Of a DNA stretch of 64,000 bases, positions 19,456 through 28,685 are shown in pieces. The translations under genes and the position numbers were made by a program. Source of the stretch: a virus (taxonomy: Duplodnaviria; Caudoviricetes); IMG/VR virus record IMGVR_UViG_3300029288_000002, positions 32,001 to 96,000 of that record, one strand, 5' to 3'. The notes under the pieces are model-generated. The model was not told the origin of the DNA and did not search any database. It was given only the letters and a program-made list of their open reading frames with translations. The first letter of the stretch is position 1. Each line of letters starts with the position of its first letter.

Positions 19456-19806
19456 TTATATAACCCAACAAGTATAATTTATTACAAACGGTTTCTCAAT
19501 AGATAAAAAGAAACTCTCGCTATAACCAAACCAAATCGCTACACTTTCAGGAAGTCCGACCACATCTGCGATCTGTTCCCCTTTTGTTTTTAATAATACA
19601 ACATTGAATTCTGAATTATAGCCGGTATAATCCTTATCCTCAAAACGAATAACACTATTGTAGCAACAGCCACCACTCATAGAGACTTTAAAATATTGTG
19701 CTGTGGACTCTTTATATGAGCAAAGAGTAACAGAATTATCGCTTAGAAACTCTACCCCTTGAATAACAGAACCTCGCAAATCTTGTAAACATTCTCGCAT
19801 GTTCAT
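19456..19806 (-). CDS. Hypothetical protein, 'LxG' paralogue family
   Basis: 'LQDLRGSVIQGVEF'; TAATG coupling gives start 19806. Confidence 0.65.
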   Translation of the reverse strand: MNMRECLQDLRGSVIQGVEFLSDNSVTLCSYKESTAQYFKVSMSGGCCYNSVIRFEDKDYTGYNSEFNVVLLKTKGEQIADVVGLPESVAIWFGYSESFFLSIEKPFVINYTCWVI

Positions 19807-20195
19807 TAGTATGAATATTCTCCCTTTTCGCCTTTCCACATGAAGTATTCATAGTTTGCAGGAATATCTTCTGGCGCAAGAGACATCCACAACTCATAGT
19901 CTTCTTTTTCTAACATAATTAGTAAACCGATATCATCTATAAAAACCACATCTGTTACAGTCATGGGCAAACAATCGTTGTCCTCAAACACAGACATCAT
20001 ATTCGTCTCAATTGTTCCAGTAGTTATAAAAGTATAAACCCGATCAAACATGCTCCAGGCATTACCGTCTCTATCAGTTGTTGTACGAATAAATGTTAAT
20101 TGGGTTATACCTTCCGCGTATTCCGCCTTAGCTAATTCTACATGGAAATTATCACCGTTAGCAGTAATTTCATTTATAAACTGTTGTTTATTCAT
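19806..20195 (-). CDS. Hypothetical protein
   Basis: 129 aa, coupled to neighbours. Confidence 0.7.
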   Translation of the reverse strand: MNKQQFINEITANGDNFHVELAKAEYAEGITQLTFIRTTTDRDGNAWSMFDRVYTFITTGTIETNMMSVFEDNDCLPMTVTDVVFIDDIGLLIMLEKEDYELWMSLAPEDIPANYEYFMWKGEKGEYSY

Positions 20196-20464
20196 TTCTT
20201 TTCAATCCTTGTTATTTTACCACACTGATCAAACCATATAACACAAATAACCTTTATACTATTATCTTCCAATATTTGAAAAATACGAAACCAATTATCG
20301 TTTAAACTTTGTGACCAAATGTATTCGGACAAATTAATCTTTACGCCATTAGCTAACAAAAGGTGGGCATCGTTTTTATAACTATATAAATTTTCCCATG
20401 CGACACCCACATAATCAAACGAGTTTTCTAAAAAGGAGAGTAGTGTAATTTCGTAATATCCCAT
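20192..20464 (-). CDS. Hypothetical protein
   Basis: Start moved to ATG 20464 after GAAAGG. Confidence 0.6.
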   Translation of the reverse strand: MGYYEITLLSFLENSFDYVGVAWENLYSYKNDAHLLLANGVKINLSEYIWSQSLNDNWFRIFQILEDNSIKVICVIWFDQCGKITRIEKK

Positions 20465-20465
20465 A

Positions 20466-20879
20466 TTATTGCCTTTCTGGTGTATAAGTAACACTATTAT
20501 TGCTAAACAAATAAGTACCCTTCCCATAATCTCTAACTATAACATCAAATTTATAAGTAGATATACTTACAGGAATATAGTCTTCCCCGTTGTAGTATAA
20601 ACACAAAAATACTTCATCTGCTGAAACTCGATTTAATACAAAAATATGTTTAATGTTGAGATCAACAGATTGAGATAATGCTGTCATAGCATCTAATATA
20701 TCGTTATTCGCATAGCCTTCCCGTTGGACTTATACTTTAGAAGTTAAACCTTTCCCCGCAAAGATTAGTGTTACATCATTTTGCTGTAAACTAATTTCCG
20801 TTAGCGATTTACCAACTAAACATTGAAACATACTTTTTAAATTTTCTTGTAAAACATATTCGTCATCAGTTAGTTTCAT
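20466..20879 (-). pseudogene. 'LxG' family gene interrupted by one in-frame TAA (20730-20732)
   Basis: ORFs 20730-20915 and 20466-20687 share a frame, with 14 sense codons between the TAA and the next ATG. Confidence 0.65.
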
Positions 20880-20889
20880 TTCGTTATCT

Positions 20890-21471
20890 TTAATCATATT
20901 CGCCTTCGTATACAAAATAAAAACAATCCCAAATTGTATTTACTCTATAACATTCTTTTCCCCAACATTGGTTTTCTGCTTTTATAACGTGTTCCGAATT
21001 AAATAATACAACATCATAAATTTTATCTATTTCGCCAAGATATACTTTGCATTTGTTTTTATTTTTGAGAATAATACAAATCCAAACATCTGTATGAGTA
21101 GCCGCTCTAAACATCCAATACTCGTGAAATCTGTCACACGGAATATCAACACTTTGGTAGTTTTCATTATTGTTTAGTTTGCTTTCAATCCAAAGAAAGC
21201 CTTCTAAATCTCTTTTTCTAAACAACATATCAGGCAATGTATATATAACATCATTCAATAATACTTGTGGCCCATGAGAATCACTGGTATAAGTATCATC
21301 GTCTGGTGAAATGTAAACGCACTTAAATATTTCTTCAATTAATTCTGTGTTTACCATTTTGCCATCATGATTTCCGGCAACAAAAGAATATCCCTTCTTG
21401 GGAAAAAGTCTACTTAAGAAGTTCTCGCCGCGACTTCCTTTCTCATAGTTTTCTTTAAATTTATTAGCCAT
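20890..21471 (-). CDS. PD-(D/E)XK-family nuclease (module copy 2)
   Basis: 'LPDMLF..LWIESK'; paralogue of 14343-14939. Confidence 0.65.
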   Translation of the reverse strand: MANKFKENYEKGSRGENFLSRLFPKKGYSFVAGNHDGKMVNTELIEEIFKCVYISPDDDTYTSDSHGPQVLLNDVIYTLPDMLFRKRDLEGFLWIESKLNNNENYQSVDIPCDRFHEYWMFRAATHTDVWICIILKNKNKCKVYLGEIDKIYDVVLFNSEHVIKAENQCWGKECYRVNTIWDCFYFVYEGEYD

Positions 21472-21874
21472 TTAAGCAATCCATATTGAAATCTGTTTTT
21501 TGATTAGCACTCAGTTTTGCATTTGCTTCTCTATCATCCTCGCGCAATAAAGCGTCTGCTTTTGCACATTCTAACCAAGTCAAGTCATCTTTGTGATCAA
21601 AAGGAACATCGCCAAAAGCATATAAAAGAGAATGCTTCTTTGGAAAACTTCGGGATTGCCATTTGAAGAATTTGCGTAGTACCTTTTCCGAAGGCACATA
21701 CCCTTCAACCTTTTCAATGGTTGCAGAATGTTCCAAAGTGAAAAACATAATTGTTTGGCAGTTAACTTTGCCAAAATATTGCAAAGACAATTCTGTAATA
21801 TGCTTACGATAGCGAATTTCTAATTGGTTATTCAACTCTGCTGGATCGGTAATTGTGCGCAGATCTATTTCCAT
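21464..21874 (-). CDS. Nuclease-partner protein (module copy 2)
   Basis: 'LSLQYFGKVNCQTI..SEKVLRKFFKWQS..HKDDLTWLEC'. Confidence 0.75.
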   Translation of the reverse strand: MEIDLRTITDPAELNNQLEIRYRKHITELSLQYFGKVNCQTIMFFTLEHSATIEKVEGYVPSEKVLRKFFKWQSRSFPKKHSLLYAFGDVPFDHKDDLTWLECAKADALLREDDREANAKLSANQKTDFNMDCLNG

Positions 21875-21893
21875 ATCATTTCTCCTTTCTTGT

Positions 21894-21922
21894 ATTATAC
21901 ACCTTTATTTTATACTTGTCAA
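21894..21922 (-). promoter_or_regulatory. Sigma70-type promoter of module copy 2
   Basis: TTGACA-17-TATAAT followed by AAAGGAG RBS. Confidence 0.8.
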
Positions 21923-21925
21923 GGA

Positions 21926-22243
21926 CTAAATATAACCCGCGTTATATTCAAAAGGAGTATTGACATACAACCGCAAATTATCATTGTCAAAACGAATAAT
22001 CGTAACTGTTGATAACTCTTCAACCTTTGTTACTAACACCTTTTTAGCTAAATAAAATTTGTAGCGATATTCGTCATCTATTATGATAATATTACTTGCA
22101 CCGGCTATTGTTAGTCCAGAGGTGTTTGATATTGTAATTGACATCAGAGTCGTTTTATTTCTAAAGTTTAGAATGATAGTATTGTTGCTTGTATACCAAA
22201 GGTTATATAGCTCAAATCCAGTTAGATTATATAGATCGCTCAT
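21926..22243 (-). CDS. Hypothetical protein, 'LxG' family
   Basis: 'LYNLTGFELYNL'; ATGA overlap with MTase gene. Confidence 0.65.
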   Translation of the reverse strand: MSDLYNLTGFELYNLWYTSNNTIILNFRNKTTLMSITISNTSGLTIAGASNIIIIDDEYRYKFYLAKKVLVTKVEELSTVTIIRFDNDNLRLYVNTPFEYNAGYI

Positions 22244-23715
22244 AGCCCTAATCTTTCCTTTACAATATCATAATATTTTTGTTCTTTCTCTATTCCAATA
22301 AATCTACGATTTAAGTTCTTACACGCGAGTCCTGTAGTACCCGAACCCATACAATTGTCTAAAACTAAATCCTCTTCGTTTGTATACATCTTGACTAAGT
22401 ATTTTAATAAAGACAAAGGTTTCTGAGTTGGATGTAGTTTATTCTTTTGATCCGCATTTGAAAAACTAATAATTGAAGTTGGATAATATAGGTTGTTAAT
22501 TGTTATCAAGTCATTTGTATTATTATAGCAACCTTTATTACCAGCTTGATAACCGCCCTTCTTTCTTGGTTTACCTCTTTCTACCATTTGAGGGTTATAT
22601 TTGATCTTATTTTTACCAAAAACGAGAACGTGTTCGTGCTGTCGTAGGGGCATTATTTTAGAATTTAGAAATCCTGTTGTACTAATCTTATTCCAAATAA
22701 TATCATACTTATACCAATCAGGGTTTGATAACATGCACAATCCAGTAAAGATTCCGTCTGCGTGTAATAGTATCGCGCAGTTATCTTTTATAATTCGTTT
22801 ATATTGTAACCATAATGGTTCAAAAGGAATTATTATATCCCATTTGTTTTTAGTTATAGAAAATGGCAAATCGCAAATTATAGAGTCTACACTTTTATCT
22901 GGTATTTGAGGCATTAGGTCTAAACAATTGCCAAGCCATAATTCTATATCATTCATAGTTAACAGTATCGGGTCTACTCGTTCTTGTGCCAGTTTGCAAT
23001 ATTCTTCTTCCTTCTCTATGCCTACACAATTCATATTCAACTTTTTGCATACGATTGCGGTTGTACCACTGTCAAGAAAACAGTCTAATACAGTATCGCC
23101 TTCTTTGCAATGTGCTTTGATGATACGATCTATAGCTTTTTCGGGTTTTGGTGTATAATGTAACTTGGTTGTATTTTGATTAGAATACCTCTTTACTCCA
23201 CTATCACCTAATGAAACTTCTGTTATATCTACCCAAACATTAGAATGTCTAAGAACATCTCTTCCGGTTCTTTCAATATCAGATTTAGTAAACCCTGTTT
23301 CAGATCGTTTAGTTTCACTGTACTGATTTTCAATATTCCATGTGAAACATTTGTTATTTTTCACAAACCACATAATCTCTTCGCGTGTGTACAACCAACC
23401 TTTGCGCATACCTATACCGCGTTGTTTCTTCCAAGTTATCAAATCTTTAAAATGCCACTCGTTTGAGAAAACAGGAAACCATTGTATCAGCGATTGACTC
23501 TTTTCACCTATACCGCACCAAACATATAATGAGCAAGAGTCTTTGGCTATTCTAAACAATTGTTTAGACAATTCTTCGTTTACTTGTTCTACCTTATCCC
23601 ACTTCTCTTTTGTAACTAAATATGGAGGATCACAAATAATTAAGTCTACGCTATTATCCGCTAATTTAGGCAATTCGTCTTGCCATGTCCCGTTTATAAT
23701 TTGAATATTGCTCAT
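22240..23715 (-). CDS. Tandem-fused beta-class N4/N6 DNA methyltransferase (two domains)
   Basis: Domain 1 'DPPY..HYTPKP..VLDCFLDSGTT'; domain 2 'DLPF..HPTQKP..VLDNCMGSGTT'; ATGA overlap gives start 23715. Confidence 0.9.
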   Translation of the reverse strand: MSNIQIINGTWQDELPKLADNSVDLIICDPPYLVTKEKWDKVEQVNEELSKQLFRIAKDSCSLYVWCGIGEKSQSLIQWFPVFSNEWHFKDLITWKKQRGIGMRKGWLYTREEIMWFVKNNKCFTWNIENQYSETKRSETGFTKSDIERTGRDVLRHSNVWVDITEVSLGDSGVKRYSNQNTTKLHYTPKPEKAIDRIIKAHCKEGDTVLDCFLDSGTTAIVCKKLNMNCVGIEKEEEYCKLAQERVDPILLTMNDIELWLGNCLDLMPQIPDKSVDSIICDLPFSITKNKWDIIIPFEPLWLQYKRIIKDNCAILLHADGIFTGLCMLSNPDWYKYDIIWNKISTTGFLNSKIMPLRQHEHVLVFGKNKIKYNPQMVERGKPRKKGGYQAGNKGCYNNTNDLITINNLYYPTSIISFSNADQKNKLHPTQKPLSLLKYLVKMYTNEEDLVLDNCMGSGTTGLACKNLNRRFIGIEKEQKYYDIVKERLGL

Positions 23716-24080
23716 TGCATACAATTTTTATATTCATCATATGACGAATATTTAGATAACCTGAAAAACGGGAACAAATCGTTCTGTTTTACTAATCTAA
23801 TTTTATCAAGAAGCCACTCAATAGGGAAGAAATCAATTACTATAATTTCTTGAGAATATTTTCTTCCTATAATTTTAGTTTTACTATCGTATTGAAACAC
23901 AACTCTTTTTCCAGTTGTAATATCTTTGTTTATCTCTTTCCTGAATAGTTTAAAATGCAATGTCTGAAAAGTTTTAAAACTCGGATATAATTTTATATTA
24001 TCTTTTAAATAATTCTTTCTTTCTTTGTACAGCAAAAATAATATAATCAAAACACATAATACAAAATTAGCAATTATCAT
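23712..24080 (-). CDS. Hypothetical protein with N-terminal membrane anchor
   Basis: Hydrophobic N-terminus; AGGAG RBS. Confidence 0.65.
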   Translation of the reverse strand: MIIANFVLCVLIILFLLYKERKNYLKDNIKLYPSFKTFQTLHFKLFRKEINKDITTGKRVVFQYDSKTKIIGRKYSQEIIVIDFFPIEWLLDKIRLVKQNDLFPFFRLSKYSSYDEYKNCMQ

Positions 24081-24147
24081 TCAATTTCTCCTTTTTATGA
24101 ATTTATCTGTTTATAACTTGTCATTTCGTAAAAGTACCATTTTGCTT

Positions 24148-24528
24148 TTACCTACTCACCAAATTATAGTCTCTATCAAAATACCGCCAAATATCGCTTA
24201 TACAAATTCCAATGTCTCCAATAATATCTATTTCGGCACCGTAATGCTCATTACAAATCCATATACCTAAATAAACACGGTCATATATAATATAATGAAC
24301 ATTTTCAACAACACAATCTATATAATCTGGCATTCCCATTATATCTATTATAGAATTAAAATGCTCGCCTCTATAATTAAACCATCGTAAAATGCTTTTT
24401 TCTTTATTATTATAAAACTCAAATTCGGCATACTCCTTAACAATTGTAATCTTGTTTAATTTCGTTCCTTTTAAAATATTCAGTAACAAAGAAGCATCTT
24501 TAATGTTTTTTAGTATTTTATCATCCAT
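24148..24528 (-). CDS. Hypothetical protein, 'LxG' family
   Basis: 'LNILKGTKLNKITI'. Confidence 0.65.
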   Translation of the reverse strand: MDDKILKNIKDASLLLNILKGTKLNKITIVKEYAEFEFYNNKEKSILRWFNYRGEHFNSIIDIMGMPDYIDCVVENVHYIIYDRVYLGIWICNEHYGAEIDIIGDIGICISDIWRYFDRDYNLVSR

Positions 24529-24544
24529 AATATCAATCCTTTAT

Positions 24545-24982
24545 TTAGCCACAAATAGCAATAGTATATTCTGCAATCTGACAATCTTCTAACTCCCACA
24601 CCTCTGGCTTTAAGTTATCAGTTAGTATAAACGACTTCCCACAAAAGCACAAATCGCAATATAACTTGTAAACACTCTCTCCATTTTGTACTTCTAATTC
24701 TATATAGTTTACATCTCGATTATCACGAAACTCGACATTGATTTTATTCACAATGGAATTGCATCGCCTTCGCCCATCAAATATAATCTCATTCATGTAT
24801 TTTTGTAAAAATATGCTATAGGGCGAATACAAACATTCTAACTCAAAACTCTTGTCGTTCTCTTTTAGAAACAAATATACTACTTTATCTGCGTGACAAC
24901 TAATCTTAGCAAGATTACAGTCAATCAATTGATCAAATATGTTTTGTAAGTTTGTTTTAGAAAGTTTTGTATAAATTTTCAT
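24545..24982 (-). CDS. Hypothetical protein, 'LxG'-like family
   Basis: 145 aa, AAGGAG RBS. Confidence 0.65.
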   Translation of the reverse strand: MKIYTKLSKTNLQNIFDQLIDCNLAKISCHADKVVYLFLKENDKSFELECLYSPYSIFLQKYMNEIIFDGRRRCNSIVNKINVEFRDNRDVNYIELEVQNGESVYKLYCDLCFCGKSFILTDNLKPEVWELEDCQIAEYTIAICG

Positions 24983-24986
24983 ATTG

Positions 24987-25226
24987 TCACTCCTTAAACT
25001 TGTAGTAACTCATTTCGTGCCAGCGATTGTCTAAACTATAGGAGTCTAATATCACAGACTCCTGATCATCAGACTCTACATCATAGTACCAACAAGAGTC
25101 GTCTGCTACTACAAATTCGTCCCACATCCAAACTAAATCAACAGATAATATGCCGCGACTCGGATAATCCTCATAATTCGTCTTTGGGTGTGTTTTCCTC
25201 ATGAGGAATACTCCTAACTTCATCAC
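24987..25226 (-). CDS. Hypothetical acidic protein
   Basis: Coupled ORF; true start probably 25202. Confidence 0.6.
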   Translation of the reverse strand: MMKLGVFLMRKTHPKTNYEDYPSRGILSVDLVWMWDEFVVADDSCWYYDVESDDQESVILDSYSLDNRWHEMSYYKFKE

Positions 25227-25656
25227 GATAAATAACCTCTTGACACTTCGGACATTGCAAAACGATCCAATTTTCTTTTGGTACTACAATATCTAACCCA
25301 CACTTACGACAAACAATAGTCATCTTGTTTTCATCTTTGACTCTCGCAGCACGTTGAACAGGGCAATTGCAGTCAATCCCATCACCAAATATATCGTTGG
25401 CTGTTATAAACATAACATCGCCACCATCTTGATTTTGCAATACCATTATACCTTGAATTGTATATGTTTCATAGCTGTTGTCAAGGTATGTTTCTGCCAA
25501 CATTCGTGCTTCATCAAAACTACTGGCTAAAAAGTGAAATTGTTCAGTTGACATAATGGCGCGATCTTCATATGTGTCACCTGTTTCAGCTTCTATAGCC
25601 GCAACCTCTTCTTCTGTCAATTGAACATCCACAAACACCCGCCATCCTTTTTGCAT
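25171..25656 (-). CDS. Acidic protein with C-terminal zinc ribbon
   Basis: CRKC..CPKC. Confidence 0.7.
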   Translation of the reverse strand: MQKGWRVFVDVQLTEEEVAAIEAETGDTYEDRAIMSTEQFHFLASSFDEARMLAETYLDNSYETYTIQGIMVLQNQDGGDVMFITANDIFGDGIDCNCPVQRAARVKDENKMTIVCRKCGLDIVVPKENWIVLQCPKCQEVIYRDEVRSIPHEENTPKDEL

Positions 25657-25691
25657 ATCTTTGTTACTCCTTTTATACTAAAATTCACTTT

Positions 25692-25979
25692 TTATGACTC
25701 TAACTGCTTCTTTGTATAGTTGAATTTTTCTATAATTACAAAAGTTGTTTCACCAGCAGTCACCTGCCAACCTTCAAAGTATATTTCCCAATAAACATAC
25801 TGTGAATTTGGTACATATTCGCTTGTATGAATTATCTTTTGGATAATTTCTTGCTCGACTAACTTCTCTGATAATTCTATGTCTGTATGGTTTCGTACAA
25901 TGTTGCTCTCGCTAACATATAACTGCCCCTCATCGTTTACGTCTACACTGCAATTACCAGCAAAATTTATAATATTCAT
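25692..25979 (-). CDS. Tandem paralogue family 'FAG..YFxG' copy 5
   Basis: 'NFAGNC..WEIYFEG'. Confidence 0.7.
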   Translation of the reverse strand: MNIINFAGNCSVDVNDEGQLYVSESNIVRNHTDIELSEKLVEQEIIQKIIHTSEYVPNSQYVYWEIYFEGWQVTAGETTFVIIEKFNYTKKQLES

Positions 25980-25990
25980 GCAATCTCCTT

Positions 25991-26287
25991 TTATTCTTCT
26001 GCATATTCATACGGATCAACTTTAATATACTCTAACCACACGTATCGAGTACCATTTTTGATTGTCAAACAACCTTGAAAATAGATTTCCCAAATCTTTA
26101 ATCCTGGAAATTCTTTTTGCATTTGAATTTTATTGACTATTTCTGATTTGAGTTCACTCCATAACGGAGGTATACTATAATCTTCGCAAACTAAATCTAA
26201 ATAGCCATCACATAACCAGAAGTCGGAGTTTGCATATTTGACTACGGTATTACCAGCAAAATGTAGAACCTGTGGCACAATGTTCAT
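25991..26287 (-). CDS. Tandem paralogue family copy 4
   Basis: 'HFAGNT..WEIYFQG'. Confidence 0.7.
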   Translation of the reverse strand: MNIVPQVLHFAGNTVVKYANSDFWLCDGYLDLVCEDYSIPPLWSELKSEIVNKIQMQKEFPGLKIWEIYFQGCLTIKNGTRYVWLEYIKVDPYEYAEE

Positions 26288-26574
26288 TCCATCTCCTGAA
26301 TATTCAAATATTGAAATGTTACCTTATATTTTTCATCTATTAGCGAAGGTTCAACCACATTTCCAAAAGCGTACACTAACCAAGAATGCCCTTCTTCATG
26401 ATTATTCCACAATGGATAATTCCTTTTAATTCTTTCACTTACAGCTTCTTCAATAATATTAACATCTGTAGAGGAGTCTTCCAGTAATTCACCAAAATTT
26501 TCCTCCCAATCATCTATTAGCAATTCTCCCCCTTCTAATGCCACACAACAACTAATTGCAAAATGAGCAGTCAT
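26284..26574 (-). CDS. Tandem paralogue family copy 3
   Basis: 'HFAISC..WLVYAFG'. Confidence 0.7.
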   Translation of the reverse strand: MTAHFAISCCVALEGGELLIDDWEENFGELLEDSSTDVNIIEEAVSERIKRNYPLWNNHEEGHSWLVYAFGNVVEPSLIDEKYKVTFQYLNIQEME

Positions 26575-26575
26575 A

Positions 26576-26890
26576 TTATAACCTCTTTATTCCATCTACA
26601 TAAAAGTCTTGTAGCAATATCCCCGCAGTTTCATCATATCTTACCACACCATCTTCTATTGTTTGGCTAATATCGTATATAATGCTTCCTGTAAAATAAA
26701 CATAGTATATCGCGTTGCTTTCTGGACTTTCTTTTGTATTGTACGCTCGCCAGATTTCCTCTTTTAGTTTACTATTATCTAATAATGCTAATGGAGTTTG
26801 TATTACTCTGGTCAATCCATAGATTACATCGCCAATTATATAGCATTGCCCTGAAAACTTTACTTCCTGCATATTATTCTTCCTCTGCAT
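26576..26890 (-). CDS. Tandem paralogue family copy 2
   Basis: 'KFSGQC..YYVYFTG'. Confidence 0.7.
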   Translation of the reverse strand: MQRKNNMQEVKFSGQCYIIGDVIYGLTRVIQTPLALLDNSKLKEEIWRAYNTKESPESNAIYYVYFTGSIIYDISQTIEDGVVRYDETAGILLQDFYVDGIKRL

Positions 26891-27158
26891 CAGTGTACGG
26901 ATCAGAACTAAGATAGTTTATATAAAACGAGTTTTTGTTTTTATTATGCACTCCCTCAAAAAATATACGCGACTCTTTATATCTCTTGTAATTACTTGCC
27001 CCTTTAATTTTTTCTATTAGTTCTTTTTCAACATCTAAAATAGTAAAACTGAGCAAGTCCCCGTCTTCTTGTATAATGTTATATATACCCAATATAAGAT
27101 TATCATTTTCTACTTCAACTGAGCAAACCCCCGCAAACTTTGTAATATTTCGTTCCAT
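26874..27158 (-). CDS. Tandem paralogue family copy 1
   Basis: 'KFAGVC..SRIFFEG'; start moved to ATG after AGGAGG. Confidence 0.7.
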   Translation of the reverse strand: MERNITKFAGVCSVEVENDNLILGIYNIIQEDGDLLSFTILDVEKELIEKIKGASNYKRYKESRIFFEGVHNKNKNSFYINYLSSDPYTDAEEE

Positions 27159-27187
27159 TCTACCTCCTTTTCGACTTTGATACATTG

Positions 27188-27261
27188 ATTATAGCATAGT
27201 ATATTAATCTTGTCAAGTACCAATATTCCTACTTGACAAGGCAATAACATCGTGCTATACT
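27188..27261. promoter_or_regulatory. Back-to-back divergent sigma70 promoters
   Basis: Minus: TTGACA(27216-27211)-17-TATAAT; plus: TTGACA(27233)-17-TATACT with TG extension. Confidence 0.85.
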
Positions 27262-27280
27262 ATAACAGAAAGGAGAGCAT

Positions 27281-27533
27281 ATGACAACAATACTACAAAA
27301 GCGTACAGAAGGCGGCTTCATAACTGTAAAACCAGAAAACGAAGTTTGGTTTTTAAAACTATTTGACATGGACTTCGGTTATCTTGTAACTCTACCAGTT
27401 ACCAGTATCAGATAAGATTATCAAACGATATTATGAGTTGGTGGAAATAGGCAGACTCGATCCTGTTAATTTTCAAGTTGTTGATGTAAACTGGTCGAAT
27501 TCGACCAGTTTAGAAAAAGGAGACTCCTTGTGA
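27281..27533 (+). pseudogene. Gene frameshifted by a 7-bp tandem duplication
   Basis: (TACCAGT)2 at 27393-27406; removing one copy gives a continuous ORF ending in a GTGA overlap with 27530. Confidence 0.7.
27487..27512. repeat. Perfect 26-bp palindrome TAAACTGGTCGAATTCGACCAGTTTA
   Basis: Read directly. Confidence 0.95.
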
Positions 27534-27862
27534 AGTATTATAGACTAATCAAATATGGTAATATTCGTTCTGCTGTATTCTTTGGTGAATACGGTAATTA
27601 TCTTTTTATTCCAGAGCCTGTTGCTCGGAATAGCAATTACGAAGGCTGTAATTGGGAATCTATTGAGGACTTGATGATTCACAGTGAGAATTTTATGCCC
27701 GATTCCCATAACTACTTTGGACTGTTGCATTTGTATTATGAATTGCAGACTTACGAAGATGACCAGCTTGTAGAAACTGCTTCTTTTTCTACTCGAAATG
27801 AGTTTCTAAAGATTATCTTTCCACTGTTACCTGCTATTGGTGAATATTTCAGAGAGGTGTAG
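27530..27862 (+). CDS. Hypothetical protein
   Basis: 110 aa, AGGAG RBS. Confidence 0.7.
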   Translation: MKYYRLIKYGNIRSAVFFGEYGNYLFIPEPVARNSNYEGCNWESIEDLMIHSENFMPDSHNYFGLLHLYYELQTYEDDQLVETASFSTRNEFLKIIFPLLPAIGEYFREV

Positions 27863-27865
27863 CTA

Positions 27866-28123
27866 ATGCTATATTCAACTTGTCTTATGGATGTCCCTTC
27901 AAAAAGCTATGAAACTTTTAGCATAGCTAAAGTGTGTGAGTTAACGTATAACTCGGATACTAAGTGCATTGTCGCTACATATGGAACTTGGTATTTTGAT
28001 ACTATCCCACAATCTGGTAGTTGGATTGGCACTCAGCATTTAGAAACTTATCTAAATGCTACTATGGAAAACTATAACCTGGCTATTGAAAACTTATTGA
28101 ATAAAGGATATACTAAACTATGA
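27866..28123 (+). CDS. Hypothetical protein
   Basis: Coupled operon; C-terminus 'LLNKGY' shared with next two genes. Confidence 0.7.
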   Translation: MLYSTCLMDVPSKSYETFSIAKVCELTYNSDTKCIVATYGTWYFDTIPQSGSWIGTQHLETYLNATMENYNLAIENLLNKGYTKL

Positions 28124-28344
28124 ATACGCAAGAGTTCACTTATTTAAAAACATCTCTAAATAAAGTCTACAGAATCTCATGGACTTATGATGTTGAAGCC
28201 GAAACAATTATCGCAACGTCTCAAACTGAAACAACTAATGGTAAAATTTCAGATTATACCTGGAATATTTATCCAAATATAACAGAAAAGGAAATGATTG
28301 CTATGCAAAAAGATTTGTATAGAAAAGGATTCAGTCTTCAATGA
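28120..28344 (+). CDS. Hypothetical protein
   Basis: ATGA overlap; ends 'LYRKGF'. Confidence 0.7.
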   Translation: MNTQEFTYLKTSLNKVYRISWTYDVEAETIIATSQTETTNGKISDYTWNIYPNITEKEMIAMQKDLYRKGFSLQ

Positions 28345-28685
28345 TTAAAAATTTTGTATTGCTAAAACAAAAGCATTTTGTTTCTACTGACTTGAGCATT
28401 GATTATCATTTGTACTTTTTAGTTTATTGTAATTATGACTGCCAAAAGTGGGTAGATTACCGCATTAAGGATAATGAGTGCCGCAAGGTTATCGGAGTCT
28501 ATTCGCAAGATGTTATTGATGATCTAAACTCTAAAGAAGATATTACATTAGAAGAAATTGAAAACCTCGCTTATGTAGATACTGTCTTTTGGGAGTGGTC
28601 TATGGAAGTTGTAGAGCCGGGTCGCTTTATGCGTAATCTAATTGCAGATGGTTATAGCCTAATTTATAAAGAAGAAGTAGACTAA
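28341..28685 (+). CDS. Hypothetical protein
   Basis: ATGA overlap; 'LIADGY'. Confidence 0.7.
   Translation: MIKNFVLLKQKHFVSTDLSIDYHLYFLVYCNYDCQKWVDYRIKDNECRKVIGVYSQDVIDDLNSKEDITLEEIENLAYVDTVFWEWSMEVVEPGRFMRNLIADGYSLIYKEEVD

Noticed and set aside
20730-20732. Stop-codon reassignment
   Set aside because: TAA, TAG and TGA all terminate intact genes and long genes are uninterrupted; this is an isolated nonsense change
266-26916. Plus-strand ORFs antisense to the left-arm genes (and minus-strand ORFs in the right arm)
   Set aside because: Shadow ORFs without RBS that overlap well-supported genes on the other strand
27434-27512. tRNA-Leu/Ser-like 'GGTGGAAATAGGCAGAC'
   Set aside because: No T-arm (GTTCRA) or acceptor stem; the segment is the coding 3' half of the frameshifted gene
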